Shown piece by piece: positions 10,272 through 18,237 of a stretch of 64,000 nucleotides of DNA. Made by a program: the position numbers and the translations under genes. Every line of letters begins with the position of its first letter. The first letter of the stretch is position 1. The DNA comes from Ignavibacteria bacterium (GTDB lineage: Bacteria; Bacteroidota; Ignavibacteria; Tepidaquicellales; OLB5), in contig JAIOIK010000112.1 in the NCBI GenBank assembly GCA_019912545.1, positions 10,038-74,037 of the forward strand. Direction: 5' to 3'. The notes under the pieces were generated by a model. It was given only the letters and a program-made list of their open reading frames with translations, made no database searches and was not told the DNA's origin.

Positions 10272-10322
10272 TTTTTTAATCTCCGTTTATTTTTTAATTT
10301 TTGTTCTTAATCAATTCTTATG

Positions 10323-10370
10323 TACAAAGATATTTCTGAACCTTAAGGTATTTCTTACAGATTCCTTACA
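10323..10370 (-). promoter_or_regulatory. Predicted activator-dependent promoter of micro-ORFs A/B: TGTAAG-N5-TGTAAG-N21-TATCTTTGTA
   Basis: On the minus strand, TGTAAG at 10370-10365 and 10359-10354 (11-bp phase), a 21-nt gap, then TATCTTTG at 10332-10325 within the 13-mer AAATATCTTTGTA (10335-10323). The same geometry and the same 13-mer recur at 14053-14100. Confidence 0.55.
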
Positions 10371-10381
10371 GAGTTAAATAT

Positions 10382-10410
10382 TTGTTAATTCATTTATTTA
10401 TATCTATGAT
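10382..10410 (+). promoter_or_regulatory. Candidate sigma-70-type promoter of the STAND regulator gene
   Basis: TTGTTA (10382-10387), 17-nt spacer, TATGAT (10405-10410), about 70 nt upstream of the start. It abuts the TGTAAG repeats. Confidence 0.3.
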
Positions 10411-10478
10411 TTGAACAAATGGAGATCTCTGATTAAAGGGTAATAAAGGCACTGAATTATTGATAAATCTCTTTTAAA

Positions 10479-13400
10479 TTGCTTGAAATGCAGGAAACCA
10501 TAATAAAAACGCGGATTACCCCTAAAAAACTCACTGATAAGATAGTTTCAAGGGAGAGACTGCTCAATAAGTTTAGGGATAATTCAGGCAAAAACATGAT
10601 CTTTGTTATGGGACCAGCAGGTTATGGCAAAACCACATCGGTTTTGGACTACCTCAATACCGATCAAAAGCCCTATGCCTGGTTCTATATATCACCTGAT
10701 ATTGAGAGCTTTCACAGCTATGTTAATTACTTTGTACATTCCTTAAGATTGATTAAGAGTGATTTCGGCCAGAAAACTCTAGAACTTGCTTCTTCACTTG
10801 CCGGGAGCGATTTGTTCTCAATTGATGAAGCCGGTTCAATCAATTCAATTATTGGCACATTTGTTAATGAGTTTATCACAGAATTTGCTGAGGAAACATA
10901 TATTGTACTTGATGACCTGCACAATATACCTGAAAACACATGGCTCAATACAGCATTCAATTCTCTGATAGAGAATTTCCCTGCAAACTTGCATATTATT
11001 ATTACAAGCCGTTCTGAGCCGGATTTTAATGTTGCGAAGCTCAAAGCAAAGCGTAATCTGCTGATAATTGACAGCAATGATCTTAATTTCACTCTCAATG
11101 AAACTGAAAAGCTTGTCACCGATATTTATTCAATTCTTCACAGCAAGGATGATATAGGCAGGCTTGATAAAAAGATTGATGGTTGGGTTACAGGACTGCA
11201 TTTGATACTACAGGCATATGGAGAAGACTTTAAAAAAGTTACAGCCGGCTCTCACAAAAAAGTAGATGAGAGTATCTTTGATTATTTTGCAGAAGATATA
11301 TTCAATAAGGTAAGCGCGTATAACCAGGATTTTCTGCTTTTTACATCAATGCTTGATTCTTTCACCACTGAAATGTGTGATAAGGTCATGGAAATCACAA
11401 ACAGTAAACAAGTACTGGGCGAGCTTAAACGGAAAAATCTTTTTATTGAATCAACAATTTTAGAGGGCAAAAATAATGAGGCTGAAAACCTGTACAGCTA
11501 TCATAATTTATTCAGGCAGTTTCTGAACACAAAGCTTATTGATTCAAAATCCGAAAATGAGATTACTTCTTTTGCCGAAAAGATATTCAACTATTATCTT
11601 GAGACCGGGGATAATATTTCAGCTATTGAATTTTCACTCAAAGCTAAAAATTATAAAAAAGCCTATTCACTCATTATTAATGAGTATGAAAGCATTTTCG
11701 CTATGGGGCGTTATGAGCAGTTGTGGAGATGGGTAGAGCAGTTTCCTCATGAAACAGTTGAACAAAACTCAGACCTGCTTTTCATAAAGGGTAAACTGTA
11801 CAGATTTTTGAAGAGCGACCTGGAAAAGGCATCACAGCTATTCAAGAAAATTATTTCAAATTCCACACCAAATTCGAAGTTGCATGTGTTCGCAAGTTCT
11901 GAACTTTCAGAAATACTTCAGGCAACAGGCAAGCCCGAAGAAGCTTTGAATATATTTAAGAAGCTTTATGAGATCCCGACTCCGTCTGAGCTAAAAGCAA
12001 AGATCATTATCTCTCTTGCCCGTTCATACTATCGGCTGGGAGCTAAACATTATGATAGTATCATTAAGCTTTTGGATGAAGGCATTTTAATAGCAGAAGA
12101 AAATGAACTTGAACAGGCAATAACCGATATATACGGACTTTATGGCAGGATCTATTTGAATAAGGGTGATTTCATAAAATCACAGCATTACTTTGAAAGT
12201 ACTGCAAAGCGCGAAAGGAATATCTATAAGAAGTTTCAGACTATCAATAACCTTGTTCTAAGTTTCGGGTGGAGCGCTCAATATGCCAAAGCAAAGGAAT
12301 TTTACGATGAGGCCGCGAAGATCCGTGAACAATATAAAGGCCCGGTTTTTGAGCGTGATTTCATGAGGTTAACTGCACTTCTTTCGTTTGAAACCGGGGA
12401 TTATGAATCTGCCATAAAGCATTTATTGGGTCTTGTTAACCTTGATAAGAAAAATAAGGTCAGTTCATATTTTACGCTTCACTACCTGTATATTTGCGAA
12501 GCATACATGCTCATAAATGATCATGACAAAGCCAAAACTTATCTTGAGCTAGCCGGAATTTCAAAGGATCCGAAAGATGAATATCTTAATATTGAATTGA
12601 ATTCACATATAGCAATGCTGGAAAAAATGCAAACAGCAGATCCAGAAATAGAGAAAATATTTCTGGAAACTCTGAAATCCTATGAAGATTCTTCGTTATA
12701 CAGCACTTCTCAGATTCAGTTTCATCTTGCAGATTATTATTTCAGGAAAGGTTTATTCAGCACATCACTGCAGTATCTTGATAGCTGCTTAAAAACTGCT
12801 TCAGAAAAACAGTACAATTCATTTTTGGTTCAGCATTTTCTTCAGATGCGGTACCTGTTTGACCTTGCTCTGAGCAATAACCTTCATAAAAAGTATATTA
12901 CTAAGATATATGATATTTTTGTCGAAAGAAATTCATTCATGTGGCTCTCAACAGAGTGCATTAAAAGGAATAATTCAGATTCAATAAGTTCGTGGGATAT
13001 ACAGCTTAATACTCTCGGGGGAATAGAATTGTATGTAAGGGGTAATCCTGTTTCAGACGAAAAATGGATAAGAAAGAAAAGTAAATTGCTGCTGATCTAT
13101 TTGCTTGTTAACCAGGGCATAAAGATCAATAAAGATAAAGTCCTTGGTCTGCTTTTCAATGAACTCTCTGCAAGCAGCGCAGAAAATGTGTTTCACCAGG
13201 CAATTACAAATATCCGCGGTGCATTGAAACCGGTGTTGAAAGTTCATACTGCAGTTGAAAAACCTTTAAAGAAAACTAAAAGTGCCAAAAGTGCAGAACC
13301 TGTACCCGATTTTTCACTAAATTATCTGAATTACGAAGATAAGATACTATATATGTCAAGTGAGTATATCTATAAGACTGATGTTCAGGAGTTTAACCGG

Positions 13401-13820
13401 CTATATAGTATAGTTAAATCTCCCGAAACTGATGTAAGCAGGAAGATAGAAAATGCGAAACTGGCATGTGAGCTCTATAAAGGTGAGTTCCTTCCCGGAT
13501 ATTATGATGAGTGGATCGAAGAAATGAGAACAGTATTAGAGCATAAATACATCGAAATATGTGAGGTTTTGATAGAATTACTCCATAAAAACAAGAATTT
13601 TGATGAACTTATCATTTTCACAGAAAAGCTTTTGCAGGTTGATAAGCTGCATGAAGAAGCATCACTTGCATTAATAGAAGCGTATTCTGCAATTGGGAAT
13701 CATAACATGGCAAAGAAAAAATTTTCACAATTACTTAAGAATTATGAAGAAGAGTATGGCGAGAAGCCTTCTAAAAAGATTATGGACCAGGTTCGCGAAA
13801 TCCTGGATAAGGATCAATAG
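10479..13820 (+). CDS. MalT-like STAND ATPase transcription regulator with C-terminal SARP-type winged-helix + BTAD domain
   Basis: 1113 aa. The N-terminus parallels MalT (VSRERLLNKF...GPAGYGKTT Walker A; YIVLDDLHN Walker B; DGWVTGLHLILQ; YSYHNLFRQFL). The middle ~400 aa is TPR-like helical repeats. The C-terminus has LGGIELYVRGNPVSDEKWIRKKSKLLLIYLLVN...FHQAITNIRGAL (OmpR/SARP wHTH) followed by YKGEFLPGYYDEWIEEMR...ALIEAY (BTAD). Start is TTG 10479 or ATG 10488. Confidence 0.8.
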   Translation: MLEMQETIIKTRITPKKLTDKIVSRERLLNKFRDNSGKNMIFVMGPAGYGKTTSVLDYLNTDQKPYAWFYISPDIESFHSYVNYFVHSLRLIKSDFGQKTLELASSLAGSDLFSIDEAGSINSIIGTFVNEFITEFAEETYIVLDDLHNIPENTWLNTAFNSLIENFPANLHIIITSRSEPDFNVAKLKAKRNLLIIDSNDLNFTLNETEKLVTDIYSILHSKDDIGRLDKKIDGWVTGLHLILQAYGEDFKKVTAGSHKKVDESIFDYFAEDIFNKVSAYNQDFLLFTSMLDSFTTEMCDKVMEITNSKQVLGELKRKNLFIESTILEGKNNEAENLYSYHNLFRQFLNTKLIDSKSENEITSFAEKIFNYYLETGDNISAIEFSLKAKNYKKAYSLIINEYESIFAMGRYEQLWRWVEQFPHETVEQNSDLLFIKGKLYRFLKSDLEKASQLFKKIISNSTPNSKLHVFASSELSEILQATGKPEEALNIFKKLYEIPTPSELKAKIIISLARSYYRLGAKHYDSIIKLLDEGILIAEENELEQAITDIYGLYGRIYLNKGDFIKSQHYFESTAKRERNIYKKFQTINNLVLSFGWSAQYAKAKEFYDEAAKIREQYKGPVFERDFMRLTALLSFETGDYESAIKHLLGLVNLDKKNKVSSYFTLHYLYICEAYMLINDHDKAKTYLELAGISKDPKDEYLNIELNSHIAMLEKMQTADPEIEKIFLETLKSYEDSSLYSTSQIQFHLADYYFRKGLFSTSLQYLDSCLKTASEKQYNSFLVQHFLQMRYLFDLALSNNLHKKYITKIYDIFVERNSFMWLSTECIKRNNSDSISSWDIQLNTLGGIELYVRGNPVSDEKWIRKKSKLLLIYLLVNQGIKINKDKVLGLLFNELSASSAENVFHQAITNIRGALKPVLKVHTAVEKPLKKTKSAKSAEPVPDFSLNYLNYEDKILYMSSEYIYKTDVQEFNRLYSIVKSPETDVSRKIENAKLACELYKGEFLPGYYDEWIEEMRTVLEHKYIEICEVLIELLHKNKNFDELIIFTEKLLQVDKLHEEASLALIEAYSAIGNHNMAKKKFSQLLKNYEEEYGEKPSKKIMDQVREILDKDQ

Positions 13821-13920
13821 AGTACATTATCAGAATCTCAATTAAACCCTGATTTAAGACACAAAAATTATTCCACAAACCACAATATTTCTGGCTTAGT
13901 CTCTACTTTTCAAAGTTACC

Positions 13921-13967
13921 TCAGGTATTCACCTGATGTGCATCAGTTGAATATCTGACGCCACAAC
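13921..13967. repeat. Left copy of a 47-bp inverted repeat (double-hairpin element)
   Basis: tcaggtattcacctgatgtgcatcagttgaatatctgacgccacaac is the reverse complement of 16401-16447 with 43/47 matches. Confidence 0.85.
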
Positions 13968-14052
13968 GTAACGTACTTTTACAACTAATAATATCATTGG
14001 TTAGCATAAAGCTAAGAAATGTTGATTTCGTTCGTTTTTCAATACTTTTTAC

Positions 14053-14100
14053 TGTAAGAAACTTGTAAGAGCTTTCATAAGCTTTCCAAATATCTTTGTA
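14053..14100 (+). promoter_or_regulatory. Predicted activator-dependent promoter of the OM-barrel gene: TGTAAG-N5-TGTAAG-N21-TATCTTTGTA
   Basis: TGTAAG at 14053-14058 and 14064-14069 (11-bp phase), a 21-nt gap, TATCTTTG at 14091-14098 within AAATATCTTTGTA (14088-14100). ATG lies 50 nt downstream. Confidence 0.55.
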
Positions 14101-14148
14101 TAGAATTTAATTATTCAATTCTAAACAAACTTAAAAGAAAGCAAAAAA

Positions 14149-14970
14149 ATGAAAAACTCAAACAATGTAACTTTCAAAGCAGCAAGAATCGTTTTAACAG
14201 CAGTTATCGTAACTATGTCAGTTCTTTTTCCCTACGGAATATTAAAATCACAGGATAACAACAGTCTTGAGGGAATTGTCCAGAATTTTGTTGCAACACA
14301 GGATGCCACAGTATTACAGCCATACGCGGACGCATTAAGTACAAGCATGAACTCAGGGCTATTCCATTCAGCAAAAGTTAAAAAGGGCTTCAGCTTCTAC
14401 TTTGGGATTAAAGGCAGCGCATCTTATATAAATTGCGATAACCCGGTTGTGAAAGACGCCAACAGGACCTTCAGTATGATGCCAATGGCAGTTCCGCAGG
14501 TACAGATCGGTTCTTTGTACAGCACAGAAGTTTCAGCAAGATTTATGCCCACAATATCGCTTGGTAAATACGGTTCAGTTGGCACATGGGGAATTGGAAT
14601 AAAACACGGATTCACAAGCCACTTCAAGAACAGTCCAATAGACGGAGCAATTGGATTTGCATACAACAGGATATCAATAAATGACTCCAAAAACAGTGAA
14701 TTTGTAAATGCTTCATCAATGGCAGTGAATCTTCAGTTCAGCAAAGAGCTAAGCGTATTCACTTTCTACACAGGTGTACAATATGAAAAAACAAGTGCCA
14801 GCCTTAAGCTGAATTACCAGAATTTATCACATTCAGTGAATTATGAAAACGAAAACAAAATTAAGGCAATAGTTGGTTTGAACATTAAGCTTGGACCTGT
14901 AAACATTAATAGTGATTACAGTTTCGGGAAAACAAACTCAGTAAGTGCAGGATTTGGGTTTGGTTTCTAA
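14149..14970 (+). CDS. Putative outer-membrane beta-barrel protein
   Basis: 273 aa with an N-terminal signal/TM segment, alternating beta-strand-like pattern and a C-terminal aromatic beta-signal (SAGFGFGF). Followed by its own terminator. Confidence 0.55.
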   Translation: MKNSNNVTFKAARIVLTAVIVTMSVLFPYGILKSQDNNSLEGIVQNFVATQDATVLQPYADALSTSMNSGLFHSAKVKKGFSFYFGIKGSASYINCDNPVVKDANRTFSMMPMAVPQVQIGSLYSTEVSARFMPTISLGKYGSVGTWGIGIKHGFTSHFKNSPIDGAIGFAYNRISINDSKNSEFVNASSMAVNLQFSKELSVFTFYTGVQYEKTSASLKLNYQNLSHSVNYENENKIKAIVGLNIKLGPVNINSDYSFGKTNSVSAGFGFGF

Positions 14971-14987
14971 ATAGTATTATCCCTAAT

Positions 14988-15020
14988 TACCGGTCATTTA
15001 CACTGACCGGTATTTTTTTT
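14988..15020 (+). terminator. Rho-independent terminator
   Basis: Stem taccggtca / tgaccggta with loop tttacac, then a T8 run. Confidence 0.8.
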
Positions 15021-15074
15021 AATATCATTGTAATCAAAAATTTAATTCGTTAAAATTACCAACTTCAATAGAAA

Positions 15075-16370
15075 ATGAAAAAAATACTCATAATATCGCT
15101 TTTTTGTGTACAATCAATGGGTGCATTATCCCAGGTATGGGTTGAACAGTCGCCGCCGGTAGGGACTCCAGAGCTTTACTCAGTTTTTGCTTATAGCAGC
15201 ACTATAGCATGGGTATGCGGAGACCAGGGAACTGTACTTTGTACTTCAACAAGTGGTGCAACATGGATACCAAGAGGCAGCGCACTGTTTTTAAGTAATA
15301 ATATGTACGGAATATTTGCAACCAGCCAGGATACTGCTTATGTTGTTTGTTCAGTCGCCGGTGCCGGAAAAGTATTTAAGACAACAGATGCAGGCTTGAA
15401 TTGGGTACAGAAATTTACAAGGCCAAGTACAAGCCTTAAAGATATTGAATTTGTTGATAGTCAGACTGGTTATGTTTATGGCAATCCGAGTGAGAAAAAG
15501 TGGTTTATTATCAGGACTACAAATGCGGGAGCTTCGTGGGATAGCGTTAATGTAACAAGGCCTGCTTCATTTGATGTAGATGATTTAGCATGGCCGAATG
15601 CACTTCATGTAAAGCGTATTGGTGTTGGAGGTCCTATTACAATTTGGTTTGGCACTAATGCCGCTGCAATTATGCGAAGCACAAATTCCGGGGCTTTCTG
15701 GACATCCAGCGCAACTCAAAGCAGCAATGTTTTTTCAATTACTTTTATTAATGATCAGATCGGGTTTGCCGGAGGGCAGGTACCATACAGGACTTTGAAC
15801 GGAGGCTTAAACTGGACAGTACAGATAAATTATCCTAATTCCGGTGATTTCTTTTCTTTTGTAAATTCATCAGGATACTTATTTTATTCATCGGGGTTCA
15901 AGATATGTGTATCTACAAATACCGGAACCAGCTTTGCAGTTCAGTACTCCCAACCAAACCAGGAAAATTATAATCATATGGGCTTTGTTACTGTTGCTAA
16001 TGATAATGCTGTTTCAACTTTAACCGGATGGGGTGTCACTGATGAAGGCAGCATTTCTCATTACACTGAAACGATCGGTATTTCAACGATAAGTACAACT
16101 ATACCTGAAGAATTCAAATTGAAACAGAATTATCCAAATCCGTTTAACCCGGTTACTTACATTAATTTTGATATCCCCAAAAGAGGAAATCTAAGTCTAA
16201 AAGTTTTTGATGTTAATGGCAGACTTGTAAGAACAATTTTTGCGGGAGTGCTTAATGCAGGTTCTTACAAAGCTGATTTTGATGCTTCAGAGCTTCCAAG
16301 TGCAGCATATTTTTACAGGCTTGAGACTGAAGATTACATCGAAACAAGGAAAATGGTACTGATAAAGTAG
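15075..16370 (+). CDS. T9SS-secreted BNR/Asp-box (Ycf48-like) beta-propeller protein
   Basis: 431 aa with a signal peptide and repeated S/T-x-D/N-x-G-x-x-W motifs (TTDAGLNW, TNAGASW, STNSGAFW, TLNGGLNW). C-terminal T9SS sorting domain: QNYPNPFNP...YFYRLETEDYIETRKMVLIK. Confidence 0.7.
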   Translation: MKKILIISLFCVQSMGALSQVWVEQSPPVGTPELYSVFAYSSTIAWVCGDQGTVLCTSTSGATWIPRGSALFLSNNMYGIFATSQDTAYVVCSVAGAGKVFKTTDAGLNWVQKFTRPSTSLKDIEFVDSQTGYVYGNPSEKKWFIIRTTNAGASWDSVNVTRPASFDVDDLAWPNALHVKRIGVGGPITIWFGTNAAAIMRSTNSGAFWTSSATQSSNVFSITFINDQIGFAGGQVPYRTLNGGLNWTVQINYPNSGDFFSFVNSSGYLFYSSGFKICVSTNTGTSFAVQYSQPNQENYNHMGFVTVANDNAVSTLTGWGVTDEGSISHYTETIGISTISTTIPEEFKLKQNYPNPFNPVTYINFDIPKRGNLSLKVFDVNGRLVRTIFAGVLNAGSYKADFDASELPSAAYFYRLETEDYIETRKMVLIK

Positions 16371-16400
16371 TTTTGTAGTTGGTTATTTTCATATGGCTTT

Positions 16401-16447
16401 GTTGTGGCGTCAGATATTCATCTGACGCACGTCAGGTAAATACCTGA
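16401..16447. repeat. Right copy of the 47-bp inverted repeat (double hairpin)
   Basis: gttgtggcgtcagatattcatctgacgcacgtcaggtaaatacctga. Hairpin 1: gcgtcagat/atctgacgc (16407-16428). Hairpin 2: gtcaggt/acctgac (16431-16448). Lies 31 nt after the propeller gene stop. Confidence 0.85.
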
Positions 16448-16549
16448 CCTCACAATTTAAAGACAATAAGTTTAGCAAGAGACATTCTCATATTTAATAC
16501 TAATCTTGGTACCATGTATTGGCAGTAGTTTTGCATACATTCATCTGCA

Positions 16550-16580
16550 TTGAATAAAACCCTTAAATTCGATATTTTTG
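16550..16580 (+). promoter_or_regulatory. Candidate tRNA-Thr promoter
   Basis: TTGAAT (16550-16555), 17-nt spacer, TATTTTTG (16573-16580). The tRNA starts 17 nt later. Confidence 0.35.
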
Positions 16581-16596
16581 TAAAATTTGCAAGAAA

Positions 16597-16669
16597 GCTA
16601 GCGTAGCTCAGTTGGTAGAGCAGCGCATTCGTAATGCGCAGGCCACCGGTTCGACTCCGGTCGCTAGCT
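16597..16669 (+). tRNA. tRNA-Thr (anticodon CGU)
   Basis: Hand-folded 73-nt cloverleaf. Acceptor GCTAGCG/CGCTAGC, D arm GCTC-AGTTGGTA-GAGC, anticodon stem GCGCA/TGCGC with loop TTCGTAA, T arm ACCGG-TTCGACT-CCGGT. No encoded CCA. Confidence 0.9.
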
Positions 16670-16902
16670 CTTAATTCCTGTTTATTCCCGCATTTTTCCA
16701 TATTATGTAATACATTTAAATTAATTCTATTTACGATAACTCAAAAATACGAACTTACTTCTTCTGGCTTCTGCTCATAGCTGTACAGGCAGTATGGATT
16801 ATTAATTCAGACGGCTTTTACTTCATCGATGATTCAAGTCATTTTAACTACAACAGGCATTACTTAGAATCTATTGGACAGAGCATCGGGGCATGGCATA
16901 GA

Positions 16903-18201
16903 ATGGGAAGAGTTTTGCTGTTCTCCCTGCCTGCACAATTTGGCTTGAAAGGCGTACAGATCACCTCAGCGCTTCTGTTCATAGTCACAATATTTATTGC
17001 TTACAGGATCTTAAAGCAGAAAAGTGTTAAATATGCTGAGTGGGTTATTCCTATTATAGGCTTTCAGCCTGTACTTTTCAATGTATCATACACAACTCTC
17101 GCAGAATTACCTGCGGCCTTCTTAATTGTACTCTCATTTTATTATTACTTAAAGAATAAGCCCGTTCATGTACTAATTATCTCTTCGCTGATTTTTATTT
17201 TTCGGACGGAGTATTATTATGTTGCCGGAATTTATCTTCTAATATATGCGTATCAGAAGAATTGGCGGGTTCTGCCCTGGTTTTTTGCGGGTCCGTTATT
17301 ATGGTACCTTTATACCACTGCGATTACGCTCAATCCGATACAGTTTTTTTATGATATGACCCTGCACTCAAGGCTTCTGAAGATTGATGCCGGTGTTGAC
17401 TGGTATTACTATTTCCTTCATTCGGCGAAGATCTATGGAGTATTGCAGACATTTTTTTTCATTTGCGGTACTATTGCAGTGCTGATGAAAAGAGAATTTA
17501 AGGATCTTTACATACTAGTAGTTATAGTTCTAGCAGGCATTACAGTACAGACTCTCCTTGCATTAAAGGGGCTGAACCTGACCTGCAGCATTGGCCAGTT
17601 AAGATATGTTGCAGTTGTTGGCCCTGCATTGGGGATAGTTTCAGTAATAGGAATCAGCTTGTTGTGGAAGATTTTAAGGAATAACATTGTCAGATCATCT
17701 ATTATGCTGATATTTGTATTCATCATGTTTATATTGGGTCCGTATTCAACTCCTTATCACAATAAGTTTGAGATTGAGAAAGTATCAGAAGATATAGTTA
17801 GTTACACTGATAAGAATTATCCCGGTTATAAATTGATTTCAAACATGCACCAGCTTGCAAATGCCCTTGATGAATCTCAAACGGGCGGGAAAAGATTCAC
17901 GTTACTTTCGCAAAGTAACGTGAATAACAATAACAAAGTCCTTATTGTATGGTGCAGCTACTTAGAGGGCTCCCCTTTTGTTGATGATGATGTAACTCTT
18001 AAGGAAATTGAGTCAATTCCGGGTATCAAACAGGTGAAAGATTACAAAGATACAGTCAACAATTGTACGAGCATTCCGATTTACAGTAAATACAGGAAAG
18101 AAGGAGATGAATTCAAGCGCTCCAGAGATTTTATCGATTACATTATCGGAGACCAGACTACATGGGAAACAATTGATATAAGAGTTTTTTTGAAAGAGTA
18201 A
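16903..18201 (+). CDS. Polytopic membrane protein, GT-C-fold (ArnT/PMT-like) glycosyltransferase candidate; the true 5' end probably lies upstream (frame is open from 16720)
   Basis: 432 aa from ATG 16903, with >8 TM helices and a ~140-aa soluble C-terminal domain. The frame continues upstream for 61 codons, encoding a TM helix plus a loop (YFFWLLLIAVQAVWIINSDGFYFIDDSSHF), but without ATG, GTG or TTG. Confidence 0.5.
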   Translation: MGRVLLFSLPAQFGLKGVQITSALLFIVTIFIAYRILKQKSVKYAEWVIPIIGFQPVLFNVSYTTLAELPAAFLIVLSFYYYLKNKPVHVLIISSLIFIFRTEYYYVAGIYLLIYAYQKNWRVLPWFFAGPLLWYLYTTAITLNPIQFFYDMTLHSRLLKIDAGVDWYYYFLHSAKIYGVLQTFFFICGTIAVLMKREFKDLYILVVIVLAGITVQTLLALKGLNLTCSIGQLRYVAVVGPALGIVSVIGISLLWKILRNNIVRSSIMLIFVFIMFILGPYSTPYHNKFEIEKVSEDIVSYTDKNYPGYKLISNMHQLANALDESQTGGKRFTLLSQSNVNNNNKVLIVWCSYLEGSPFVDDDVTLKEIESIPGIKQVKDYKDTVNNCTSIPIYSKYRKEGDEFKRSRDFIDYIIGDQTTWETIDIRVFLKE

Positions 18202-18237
18202 AGAATTTATTTAAACATATAATCAAATGTTAAAGAT

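Noticed and set aside
13921-16447. Inverted-repeat-bounded segment as an insertion sequence or transposon
   Set aside because: The enclosed genes encode an OM barrel and a secreted propeller, not a transposase. No target-site duplication was evident next to the repeats. I kept it as a repeat or cassette observation only.
9840-16669. tRNA-adjacent genomic island hypothesis for the regulator/barrel/propeller block
   Set aside because: There is no integrase or recombinase, and I could find no direct repeat of the tRNA 3' end. Spot GC counts are low only for the regulator gene (~32% in a sampled line), versus 37-45% in single sampled lines from the two downstream genes. That is not enough to claim an island. 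Only the inverted repeats are reported.
16450-16701. 83-aa minus-strand ORF
   Set aside because: It overlaps the tRNA-Thr gene on the opposite strand, and its sequence (…GGLRITNALLYQLSYAS…) is simply the tRNA read as protein.
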